DNA from: a virus
Taxonomy: Duplodnaviria; Caudoviricetes
Virus record (IMG/VR): IMGVR_UViG_3300027956_000020
Location: 1 to 39,619 of that record
Strand: one strand, 5' to 3'
DNA: 39,619 nucleotides
In this document: positions 1 through 8,714 of the stretch, piece by piece
Layout of the letters: the number at the start of each line of letters is the position of its first letter
How positions within the stretch are numbered: position 1 is the stretch's first letter
Position numbers and translations under genes: made by a program
The notes under the pieces: generated by a model
Told to the model about the DNA's origin: nothing
The model's database searches: none
Seen by the model: only the letters and a program-made list of their open reading frames with translations

Positions 1-80
1 CAGGCGCAGGCGCAGGCGCAGGCGCAGGTGCAGGCGCAGGCGCAGGCGCAGGTGCAGGCGCAGGCGCAGGCGCAGGTGCA
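1..80 (-). repeat. Tandem hexamer (CAGGYG)n encoding a (Pro-Ala)n linker
   Basis: About 13 copies of CAGGCG/CAGGTG at 1-78, in frame in the gene above. Confidence 0.9.
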
Positions 81-1309
81 GCCGGTGCTGGCAGCGGCAC
101 ACCTTCGGGAAACGGAATTCCGAGTTCAGCCTGGCGACGAAGGACATCCTCCTCAGTGATCTCAGGCTCGATGGCATAACCCTCGGTCGGAGTCGTGTCT
201 TCGATTCCGGTGACGGTCGCATTCGACAGCGGCAGCGGGTTCTTCGGATCGGCGCCGTTGGCAGCCACGACAGAGTTCGCCAGGTTTACGTTGCGCCTTG
301 ATCCAATCACACCGCCGACCAGGCCACCCGAGGCACCACCGATGAATCCAGCTTCGGCGACGCCGTCCATAATCCCGCGTTCGGGATCGTAGATCGACTT
401 GGCAGCCATGTTTCCAAGCGTCTGCTCAAGCGACTCCTGGAGTCCTTCGCTTACTGTGCCCTCGATGCCGCCGCGAGCCATCTCCTGAGCGCGTTTCGAT
501 GCAGTCTGAGGAATCAGGCGCTCGACGAGATTGGCGCTGTACTTGCCCAGCGTGCTGCGACCAGCGGCGCCGGATCGCATACCCGGGATCTTGCCAGCAA
601 CACCCAGCGCGCCCTCGGTAACAGCACCGATCGGGGCCGTGGCAAGGAACGCACGGTTCTTCAGTGTCTCGGCGCGGCTGCGAAGATCCGAGGCGGTGTC
701 GTAATCGCCAGCTGCCAATGCCTCGGCGATTCGTTGGTTGATCACACGGTCGGCGTCTTCAGCCCCAGCCTCACCGGCTTGGAGGCCGTACAGCGCGCCG
801 GCGCCGATGGGGCCACCAACCAAGACACCTGGAAGCACCGAGAGCGTGCTTCCGACTCCGCCCATGATTTGAGCGGGAATCGTTTGCTCGACACCGGGAA
901 GCGTGGGCATTACCTCTCCGGCTGCGATCATGCCCCGACCAGCCTGCGTGATCGGGCTGCGAGCAATCATCTGCTGCTGCTCTTCGGGGGTCACCTCAAT
1001 CTCTGGAGCGCCAGCCTCAAAGATGCGAGCAAACCCCTTGGCAGCTTGGCCAAGTCCTTGAAGAGCCGCTTTCGGCAGTTGCGCCGCCTGGGCACCGACA
1101 GTCTCCAGTGTGCCGACTTCCCCCGCCCGAAACTTCGCAGCCTCCTCGGACTCCGTCTCTGCTGTTAGCTCCTGGCTACGGCGATCGAGCAAACCCTGAC
1201 GAATCGCCTGGTAATTCTCACGGACGTAGGCCTGCGCTTGATCATCCGTAATACCTTCAGGGAACGCGAGCCGGCCAAGCTCGCGTCCGAAATCAATCTC
1301 GATCGCCAT
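1..1309 (-). CDS. Large internal virion/ejection protein, N-terminal ~436 aa (runs off the window start; absent from the ORF track)
   Basis: ATG at 1309, read by hand: MAIEIDFGRELGRLAFPEGITDDQAQAYVRENYQAIRQ...; open to position 1. Gly/Ala-rich hydrophobic segments (GVLVGGPIGAGALYG, GFIGGASGGLVGGVIG), 'EGLQESLEQ' motif and a Pro-Ala linker; last gene of the ejection-protein block. Confidence 0.7.
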   Translation of the reverse strand, partial: MAIEIDFGRELGRLAFPEGITDDQAQAYVRENYQAIRQGLLDRRSQELTAETESEEAAKFRAGEVGTLETVGAQAAQLPKAALQGLGQAAKGFARIFEAGAPEIEVTPEEQQQMIARSPITQAGRGMIAAGEVMPTLPGVEQTIPAQIMGGVGSTLSVLPGVLVGGPIGAGALYGLQAGEAGAEDADRVINQRIAEALAAGDYDTASDLRSRAETLKNRAFLATAPIGAVTEGALGVAGKIPGMRSGAAGRSTLGKYSANLVERLIPQTASKRAQEMARGGIEGTVSEGLQESLEQTLGNMAAKSIYDPERGIMDGVAEAGFIGGASGGLVGGVIGSRRNVNLANSVVAANGADPKNPLPLSNATVTGIEDTTPTEGYAIEPEITEEDVLRRQAELGIPFPEGVPLPAPAAPAPAPAPAPAPAPAPAPAPAPAPAP

Positions 1310-1320
1310 GGTCTTGAGTG

Positions 1321-2364
1321 TTATCGGCCCGGAAGCGGAGGCAAACCTTGAATTGACCGGAAGTCGATCACTCGGTTCGTGCCCTGCGGAACGGACGGTG
1401 CCGCCATTTCTGTGCGGATTCCACGGCGTTCAGCGCGGCGTTTGCGCTCCAATGCGAGATCGGCTTGAATCTGTTCAGGGGTTCGGCCGATCGCGAAAGC
1501 AGTGTCCTCAACAACCTCCAGATCACCCTGATCGTTGCGGCGAAGATTGAAGTCTTCGATACCTTTGTCCTGAAGGCTTTGCAGTTGCTTCTGGGCAGCA
1601 TCGAGATCGTCAAAAATTCCAGGTTCCTTGGGGCCAGCGCCTCCGGTTCTCGCGACCTCCGCCTGATACTGTTCATCCGTCAGCTGGCGCTTGACCTTCT
1701 CTCCAGTCGGAAGCTCGCTCGTAATCGTAACCGTGGGTTTTGTGGTGGTAGCCTTCGGCATCGCCCGCATCCGCGCCAACGGACCCGGCTGGAAGCGCGC
1801 TCCATCGACCATTACATCTTGCGACGTGTCACGGGGTTCGCGCAGGAGATCCGGAGTCAGACCAAACGCGGGCGGAGCCTCTTCACCGGTGGGAACGTAA
1901 CCGGCAGACATCAAGGCTCGCTGGGTAGCGCGCCGCTCGGCCATGCGTTTGCCGAGTGTGGTAGCACGACCTCGGAGAAATTCCGGGGAGGCCAGAATAT
2001 CGGGCGACAGCGGCCCGGGCGCCTCACCTTCTCCTGCTAGCATACCAGCAGCTTCGGCGAATCGACCGGTCTGCTGGCGCGTCTGAGCGGCCTTGGCAGA
2101 CGCAGCGAAGTCGATCTCACCATCGGGACCTAGGACAATGTCCTGCCCAAACTGACCAGCAGCACGCTCCAGCCGTGCTTTCCGCGCATCACCTCGCGCC
2201 GCTTCGCGTTCAGCGATAATGTCTTGATAATACTGCTGCCGAACACGCGCCTCTTCTTGGCGCGCTACGATCTCGTCGGCGCGACGTTGACGCTCCTGTG
2301 CCAGGCGGGCACCCGCCATGTACGAAGCTCCGATGTTTTCGAGTCCTGAGAAGGGGTTTGCCAT
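1321..2364 (-). CDS. Putative internal virion (ejection) protein, 347 aa
   Basis: Helical, Gln/Arg/Ala-rich N-terminus; tightly packed between other ejection-like genes. Confidence 0.55.
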   Translation of the reverse strand: MANPFSGLENIGASYMAGARLAQERQRRADEIVARQEEARVRQQYYQDIIAEREAARGDARKARLERAAGQFGQDIVLGPDGEIDFAASAKAAQTRQQTGRFAEAAGMLAGEGEAPGPLSPDILASPEFLRGRATTLGKRMAERRATQRALMSAGYVPTGEEAPPAFGLTPDLLREPRDTSQDVMVDGARFQPGPLARMRAMPKATTTKPTVTITSELPTGEKVKRQLTDEQYQAEVARTGGAGPKEPGIFDDLDAAQKQLQSLQDKGIEDFNLRRNDQGDLEVVEDTAFAIGRTPEQIQADLALERKRRAERRGIRTEMAAPSVPQGTNRVIDFRSIQGLPPLPGR

Positions 2365-2367
2365 AAA

Positions 2368-3108
2368 TTAGCCTCCCATGAGTTTGCGTTGAGTCGAGAC
2401 CAGATCGCTTTCGCCGCCTGTTGGGGTTTTGTACTGCGCACCCAGCTGTGCGAATCCAAGGTTGGTCAGGCCAGATCCGAGTGAGCCGAGGCCTTGTCCA
2501 ACAACACCACCAGCACTTGGCATGGATGCCACGCCGGCCAACGCGTTCATGCGCGAGATGCGTTCTGACTCACGGAGGCGAGTGATGTCCTGCGGGGTGA
2601 ACTCGTAATTCGCCACTGGTGCCAACGGCGTAGTGCCAAGGATGTTGGCAAACTGCTGACCTCCCGCCTGCTGCAACGCCAAGGACGTGCGGCCAAGATC
2701 GCGTGCCGTCAGATTTCTGGCGGCCTGACTGCCGGCAAACCCTCCAGAGAGCGCACGTCCAGCAGCCTGCCGTTGAACCTGCGCCGCGACATCGGCCGGC
2801 AGTTCTCCGCGAAGTAGTGCTAGCGCGTTCTGAGTGCGTTGGGACTGCCCTTCCTGATAACCGGGAATCTGAATGCCGAGGGACTCCAGAAGCTGGGCGC
2901 GGGCAAACTGATTGCGCTGCGCTTCCAATTCCCGTGTCCGAGGCGCCAGCTGCTCTGACTCTGCGACCATTGCTGGAATGTCGAGACCTGGGGTTTCTGC
3001 CGCCTGCCGCGCCTGCTTACGTGCAGAGCTAGCAGACGATGCTTGAAGACCCATTCCAACGCCTGCCGTTACAACGCCGGCTCCGATTGCTGTGGCTACG
3101 AATGACAT
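2368..3108 (-). CDS. Putative DNA-transfer/ejection protein, 246 aa
   Basis: Hydrophobic Gly/Ala N-terminus (MSFVATAIGAGVVTAGVG), Gln/Ala-rich core and Gly-rich C-terminus, typical of P22 gp7-like pilot proteins. Confidence 0.6.
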   Translation of the reverse strand: MSFVATAIGAGVVTAGVGMGLQASSASSARKQARQAAETPGLDIPAMVAESEQLAPRTRELEAQRNQFARAQLLESLGIQIPGYQEGQSQRTQNALALLRGELPADVAAQVQRQAAGRALSGGFAGSQAARNLTARDLGRTSLALQQAGGQQFANILGTTPLAPVANYEFTPQDITRLRESERISRMNALAGVASMPSAGGVVGQGLGSLGSGLTNLGFAQLGAQYKTPTGGESDLVSTQRKLMGG

Positions 3109-3551
3109 GGTAAGTATTGGTTCTGCCTCACGTATGTGAGGTCGTTCAAAAGCTCTTCGTGATCCGTCTTGTTATCGAGGTTCAGGTGAACCGTGGTCCA
3201 GATCGTGTCTTCATGGATCAGCAACACCCGGCGAGTTCCGGGCTTCGTGATTCCTGAGTACGGCGCCGTGTACGTCACGTGCCCCTCGTTCTCGCTGACC
3301 ACTGTGACCTTGCCCTGGGTGATGAAGAACGGGTTGTCGAACTTGTGGATGCGACTGGTGATCACTGACCCCGCCGGCATGAAGATTTCACGCACGTACA
3401 TCCCCTCGGGGAATGTGTGCTTCAGTGGGCACTCCTGCGGAGGCAGGTTGGCAACGAATGCCTCCCAGCGGTCGAGGCGGTCGTCAAACGACACGGACTC
3501 GTTCGCAAGGAAGTCCAACCATGTCATCGGTTTTTCCAGAGCCATCTCCAT
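3096..3551 (-). CDS. Cupin-fold protein of the virion module, 151 aa
   Basis: HTFPEGMYVREIFMPAG...IHKFDN...GKVTV...PGTRR...HEDTIWTTVH: cupin-like pattern common in podovirus tail regions. Confidence 0.7.
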   Translation of the reverse strand: MEMALEKPMTWLDFLANESVSFDDRLDRWEAFVANLPPQECPLKHTFPEGMYVREIFMPAGSVITSRIHKFDNPFFITQGKVTVVSENEGHVTYTAPYSGITKPGTRRVLLIHEDTIWTTVHLNLDNKTDHEELLNDLTYVRQNQYLPCHS

Positions 3552-4639
3552 CAGATGAACCCTCCAAACCGATATTGAATCTTCGCAGACCCGAAAGGTT
3601 GCACGTTGACCACCGTGCGCTCGTTCGGGCTGTAGGCTTCGAGTTCATTCCGCAAGCTCCGCAGGGCCAGCTGGATCTCGCGCTCGGCCTCGGTGTACTG
3701 ATTCCGGTCCTCCTTCTGAATGGCCTTCATCATGTGCTTGATCGCCTGGAGATTACCGATGAACAGCCAGTCCGAATCCACGACTGCCGGAATGAAGTCC
3801 AGGCGCACGATGGCTTCAACGACCGTGTTGGTGCATGCCTCATCTGCTGGCACGCAGCCGTCGCCATGGTCGATACAGTCGTTCTGCGCTTCCGCGTTGC
3901 ACCCGGAGGTGCCGCCGCAGACCTCAGGCATTCCGATCAGGTAGGTGCGGCGATACTCCGGATTCTGCTCACTCGGACCCCAGACGGCGATCTGGGTTTG
4001 CAAAAGGGTCGTCGGGTTGTACGCCAAGATCGTTAGGCTGCCTTGAGTCAACGGCTTCTGGGCACCGGTAAGGCCCGGTTGCTTGAACAGGTTGACTGTC
4101 TGAACGTAGGCGGTCACCGCCGGATTGGGTAGCGTGACGTACTCGCCCCACACGTACTCGCCGGTCACCGTATCCAGCGTGCGGATCGGGTGCCCGTTGG
4201 GGTCTAGCCCTTGGAGAAGCACGCGCTTTCCGGCGTCGGCCGTCAGCTGCGGCGTCACCCTGATGTAGCAGTTACCCACTGAATCCCGGAACTGGGTGAC
4301 CATACCGCGATCCAGCAGCTGGTCCTGCTCGCAGCCTTCACGGCCGCACCCGGTGCGCGGTGCGCGTTCGTCAGTCTGGAACTCGTACCACTGGTTCTGG
4401 ATCGGGATGTTGTAGCCGCAGACGTTCATCGCCTCGATCGTCTTGACCTCGCGAGGCCAAGTGATGCAGCCGGCGGTGACGCAGACGCGGAGCTTCTTGT
4501 ACGTGCCCCACCACTTGCCCATGTCTGCCAGGCGCGCCTGAGCCTCGTTCAGCAGCTGGAGAAAACGATCGTCGCAGGTGGCGAGACCGACAGCCTGCGG
4601 GATCGTGGAGTTCTTGGCCTGGGCGAGGGTTTTTCTCAT
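3551..4639 (-). CDS. Putative head-tail adaptor (tail tubular protein A-like), Cys-rich, 362 aa
   Basis: N-terminal helical 'FLQLLNEAQARL' and C-terminal helical hairpin flanking a beta region; position in the tail block. Confidence 0.55.
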   Translation of the reverse strand: MRKTLAQAKNSTIPQAVGLATCDDRFLQLLNEAQARLADMGKWWGTYKKLRVCVTAGCITWPREVKTIEAMNVCGYNIPIQNQWYEFQTDERAPRTGCGREGCEQDQLLDRGMVTQFRDSVGNCYIRVTPQLTADAGKRVLLQGLDPNGHPIRTLDTVTGEYVWGEYVTLPNPAVTAYVQTVNLFKQPGLTGAQKPLTQGSLTILAYNPTTLLQTQIAVWGPSEQNPEYRRTYLIGMPEVCGGTSGCNAEAQNDCIDHGDGCVPADEACTNTVVEAIVRLDFIPAVVDSDWLFIGNLQAIKHMMKAIQKEDRNQYTEAEREIQLALRSLRNELEAYSPNERTVVNVQPFGSAKIQYRFGGFI

Positions 4640-4640
4640 G

Positions 4641-5606
4641 TTATCGAATGGCTCGGGCCATCACCTTCCATTTGCCTTCGTCGATCAGGGTCAAAACTCC
4701 GGTGGTTTTTCCGTTCACGTAAATCCCTGAAACGAAGTTGTTGCGAACCATGCCGATAACCGTGGCATTGGAATACGAGGTAATGCGCAGTTCGCTTTGA
4801 GAAAGGTCTGTGCGCAGAATGCTTCCAACCGGTATGTAATCATTCAAGGCATACGTCGCATCGCCACCGGTATCCGTGCAGATGATCCCCACGTCCCACG
4901 TCAACGGATCGACGCCCAGGCCGTGCGAGAACGTGACCGACGATCCTGCTGCTGGGATGGCCTGATAGTTTGCCACCGGCGTAATGTACCCTGACTCCCA
5001 GACCGATGCCGGCGTCGAGTTGGTCCGCAGGAACTGGCGATCCGTTCCAGGTGCGAAGGCTGCCGGGCCGATATTCAGACCGGGATTCAGCAGCTGGAAG
5101 CGTGTGCCGTCGTACACGACAACGCACATCTGGCCGTTCACAATGTCGTTGGCCACAAGCGGCACGGTGCCGTACTTGGTGATCGCCTTGGCCGCCAATC
5201 CGTCGATTGAAAGCGTGCTAGCTCCGGTGTTTGCAGAGGCTGCACCGAACGCGTAGGTCGCGCCGGTTCGGTAGGCTTGATTCACTCCGGGCGACGCTGG
5301 TGAAAGCGTCACGGTGTAGACATTGGCAGCTCCGCCGCCGACACCGTAGGTAAACTGAGTTGTGAGCCGTGCCCAGCCAGCCGGTGCCGTCGTGTTGTAC
5401 TTCAATACTTCGACAGGGTTTCCGTTGGCATCAAGGCGCAACCAGTAGAGCCCGAGATTGGCTGGCGCCACAGCGTTTGCTGCCCATTCCGGCGAGGTCG
5501 CAAACTGCGCAATCATGGCGGCCGCGAAGGCGTCCAAGCGATCTTGCTCGGATGCGAAGCAGGCAGGCGGCGGCAACACGCCGGCGGTAAGGTTGATCTC
5601 AGGCAT
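4641..5606 (-). CDS. Tail fibre-like structural protein, 321 aa
   Basis: 'ANTGASTLSIDGLAAKAITK...DIVNG...VVYDGTRFQLLNP' phage tail-fibre module and 'HGLGVDP' C-terminal module. Confidence 0.65.
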   Translation of the reverse strand: MPEINLTAGVLPPPACFASEQDRLDAFAAAMIAQFATSPEWAANAVAPANLGLYWLRLDANGNPVEVLKYNTTAPAGWARLTTQFTYGVGGGAANVYTVTLSPASPGVNQAYRTGATYAFGAASANTGASTLSIDGLAAKAITKYGTVPLVANDIVNGQMCVVVYDGTRFQLLNPGLNIGPAAFAPGTDRQFLRTNSTPASVWESGYITPVANYQAIPAAGSSVTFSHGLGVDPLTWDVGIICTDTGGDATYALNDYIPVGSILRTDLSQSELRITSYSNATVIGMVRNNFVSGIYVNGKTTGVLTLIDEGKWKVMARAIR

Positions 5607-5608
5607 GG

Positions 5609-8600
5609 CTAGATGCGGTAAACGTAATCGTTGGGCTTACACGGGCCTGGGTCGCATTCAAGCGCCAAACAGCCCTCGGGACAATCGAAATAGAAAAACT
5701 GCTCCAGCGGGGCAACGCAGCGCACGGGACGCCCCTGGAGGAATGACGGGCCGAACCGGCCGCCGTTGTTTACGACCAAGCTGTTTCCACTCAGGCGCCT
5801 GACCGTGTTGCAGCCAATCTGGATGTTATCGACGTACCGGAAGAAATTACCGGTATCGGAAGTAAACGGCACGTCTGGTCCAGGGCTTGCGCAGGTGAAG
5901 GTGTAGAGCGTCGGAGTGCCGGTCACGATCACCTCATCGTTGAACGAGGCGTTGCTAAAGCCTTCCACGGTAGCGTGATAGCCGGCCGCCATCTGGTGCG
6001 CCTTGTCCGTCGTGTACGTGGCGACCCCACCAGTGCGCTGGTATCCGATAGGGCGGATCTCCCACGGAAACCGGATCGGGCTGTTGATTCCAAGGAATCC
6101 GCCGGAGGTCGATGTAGCACCGCCAGGATTTGCGACCGTGAATGTCGTGGGTGAAGGTGTGCTAGCAACGGTGAAGACGCCGTTGAACGTGCCGTCGGTG
6201 ACTCCAACTGTCGATATGGCCATGCCTACCTGGAGTTCGTGAGGCGATGCAGTTGTGAACGTAGAGATGTTAGCAGCGCGAGATGCGGCCGTAATCGGAA
6301 TCTGGTAGTCCGTCGGGTAGTAATACTCCGACTTGTTTACGTCGTGGTTGTTGACCAAGAACACTGCATCCAGCGGCGCAAACGCGGTTTGGAAAAACCA
6401 AGAATCAGGGCCTGTCAGAAGGACATCGTTGTTCTCGATCAACATATCCTTGTGGGCAGCAATCAGGGTTGAGTAGGTCTCTGGGTTCGCGACTCCAACC
6501 GTTTGGATTAGCGTGTACCAATCCTGCACCGTCAGCGCGATGAACGCTGAGACGTTCAGTGCCGAGTTGTGATGGATATGGGTGCCTTTGTGCTGGTACG
6601 AATCGACGTAGAAGCAAGTTCCCCTGAATCCATCGAAGTTGTTGTAGCTGATGTCCATCCCGCTGGTTTCGCGGGCCGTGATAGCATGGACTGGGCTCTG
6701 CTGGTTGACCACGTCAGGACCACCTTGGACGCGGTTGTATTTGAACTCGCACTCCGAGGCGAAGATCCGCTGGCTGCGGAGCATGATCACCTGGCCGTCG
6801 AGGTAAAGGCCGGGTAGCACGTCCGGGCCACCTGTGTTTGCTGTGAATCGGAATGCGTCTGGAGTCGAAATAATGGTCAGAACACCGTTGAAGGTGGGGT
6901 TTGAGAATGCGTTGACCTGCACAACATCCCCAGCCCGCAGCGTGTGCTTCATCACACAGGTGTAGGTCGCCACTCCAGCTGACCTGGACACCACGTTAAT
7001 CGGATTCACCAAGCTCGAATAGCCGCCGATCGCGCACTGAGTGTTGGCTTCAGCGTTTCCGGGATACAGCGTGCTCTGGATCGAGTTGCGCCCTTGGTAA
7101 CTGAAGTCGTTGTTGAGAACCTTGGCGCCTGCCGTCAGGTTATCCACGTTCATTGGCAGAAACGATTTGACCAGGAACGTTTCGGCGTCCGCGACACCCA
7201 CGCCGAAGTCGTAAAACTGGTTGTTCTGAATCAGCGCGTTTTCTCCGACAAGGTTGGTCCCGGCGACTGTGTAGGAAGAGTTGACGCCGGCGCTGGTCTG
7301 TAGAGTCAACGGGATGTTTGGTGCGCTCCAGGCGCGAGCGTTCTCGTTGATCACCTCGTAGGCCGATCCAAAATCTGCTATAATCCCTGTGTCTGGACCA
7401 GCATTGGCGCAGGTAAATTGCGCCGGAGACGGCACTCCAGTGACGACAAAAGTGCCGTTCAGCGTCGGGTCAGCGAACCCTGAAATGATCACCGTGTCTC
7501 CAGGAAGAAACGGGTGAACAAGCACAGTGTCATAGGTGGCGACGTTGGTAAACCGCTCGTAACCGATCATTGAAAACACCGTGGCGGTGCCGGCGTTCAC
7601 GCAGTAGACCTCCTGCGCAGAAAGGAATCCAGCAACGACGAACGTGCCGTTCAACGCGGCATTAGAGTATCCGGTCACCGTGATCGTATCACCAATCGTG
7701 AATCCGAAATTCCATTGCGGATGCTTGGTGTAGATTGCGAATCCAAATTGATTGATCCGGCCTTGTGTTAGCACCACGCGCAAGTCCCGCTGAAATGACA
7801 ACGGCGTGATATTTACGACCTGCCCAAACCCGACGAACGTCGCGTCGTTACCAGGGCCTGCCGTGATCACGTTGCTGATGTATTGCGAGATCGTGCTTAC
7901 GTTCGTGTACGGAGCGGGAACAACTGGCGGCACGTACCCCGGCGTTGCGGAGGACTCGATGAAATGGGGATATGCCGTGTTGTACGTGTTGACACCGTTG
8001 GTGCGTTGCACCGAGACGATCTTTATATCCGCGACCGAGTTGTTGGCGTAGTTGCCGTCGAACGTGATGCCCTCGATCAGTGTGTTCTTGCAGTTCACGC
8101 CGTTCACTGGAACCCCCGCATACGCACCTGGAGCGCCAACCACACCGCTTCCAAGGTAATTCCCGAGGGTCTTCAGCATCTGGATGTTGAAGCCGAAAGT
8201 GTCCCCTCTTTTCGTGGAGGTGTGGTCAGCAAACTTCAGGATCGTCTTGCCAGCGCCTTTGCCAGTGAACGCGACGTTGTCGATCACGGGCGCATACCCG
8301 ATCACGATCGAAGACGTGTATCCGCCGCCGATCAGGTTGATCCATCCGTCTTCGACAACGAGGCCGGAGTTAGGCCCTGGAACAGTCGCAGTGAATGTCG
8401 TTGGGTTGACAACGGCATCGACACGGAAGCCGAACTGGGCAGCACCGGTGCCGTTGAACGTGCCGTCTGTAAACCCGTAAAGGGTGATTTTCTCTCCGAC
8501 CACTAGGCCGTGCGGTGTAGCCGTTGTGAATACTGCAACCCCACCAAATCGAAATCGGCTGGTAATCTTCGCTCCCGGACTCGATCCCAACAAAAACGTG

Positions 8601-8713
8601 CCGACGGGAAAATCGCATCGGCCGGCCGCAATCAAGCACTCGTTGATCGCCCAGGCGCTGTTGCGCAGCCCGCAGGGATCGGCACCGTAATCGACTGGGT
8701 TTGAGGAAGGCAT
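5609..8713 (-). CDS. Tailspike: beta-helix (pectate-lyase-like) with ~7 inserted FCCH-like modules, 1034 aa
   Basis: Start moved to ATG 8713 (MPSSNPVDYGADP), 1 nt after the upstream stop. Beta-helix motifs (VDYGADP...AINECL...FPVGTF; GKGAGKTILK; IEGITFDGN; LIQNNQF) and a repeated R-x2-VATYT...H-x-L-x2-G...FNG-x-F-x-V module. Confidence 0.75.
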   Translation of the reverse strand: MPSSNPVDYGADPCGLRNSAWAINECLIAAGRCDFPVGTFLLGSSPGAKITSRFRFGGVAVFTTATPHGLVVGEKITLYGFTDGTFNGTGAAQFGFRVDAVVNPTTFTATVPGPNSGLVVEDGWINLIGGGYTSSIVIGYAPVIDNVAFTGKGAGKTILKFADHTSTKRGDTFGFNIQMLKTLGNYLGSGVVGAPGAYAGVPVNGVNCKNTLIEGITFDGNYANNSVADIKIVSVQRTNGVNTYNTAYPHFIESSATPGYVPPVVPAPYTNVSTISQYISNVITAGPGNDATFVGFGQVVNITPLSFQRDLRVVLTQGRINQFGFAIYTKHPQWNFGFTIGDTITVTGYSNAALNGTFVVAGFLSAQEVYCVNAGTATVFSMIGYERFTNVATYDTVLVHPFLPGDTVIISGFADPTLNGTFVVTGVPSPAQFTCANAGPDTGIIADFGSAYEVINENARAWSAPNIPLTLQTSAGVNSSYTVAGTNLVGENALIQNNQFYDFGVGVADAETFLVKSFLPMNVDNLTAGAKVLNNDFSYQGRNSIQSTLYPGNAEANTQCAIGGYSSLVNPINVVSRSAGVATYTCVMKHTLRAGDVVQVNAFSNPTFNGVLTIISTPDAFRFTANTGGPDVLPGLYLDGQVIMLRSQRIFASECEFKYNRVQGGPDVVNQQSPVHAITARETSGMDISYNNFDGFRGTCFYVDSYQHKGTHIHHNSALNVSAFIALTVQDWYTLIQTVGVANPETYSTLIAAHKDMLIENNDVLLTGPDSWFFQTAFAPLDAVFLVNNHDVNKSEYYYPTDYQIPITAASRAANISTFTTASPHELQVGMAISTVGVTDGTFNGVFTVASTPSPTTFTVANPGGATSTSGGFLGINSPIRFPWEIRPIGYQRTGGVATYTTDKAHQMAAGYHATVEGFSNASFNDEVIVTGTPTLYTFTCASPGPDVPFTSDTGNFFRYVDNIQIGCNTVRRLSGNSLVVNNGGRFGPSFLQGRPVRCVAPLEQFFYFDCPEGCLALECDPGPCKPNDYVYRI

Positions 8714-8714
8714 T

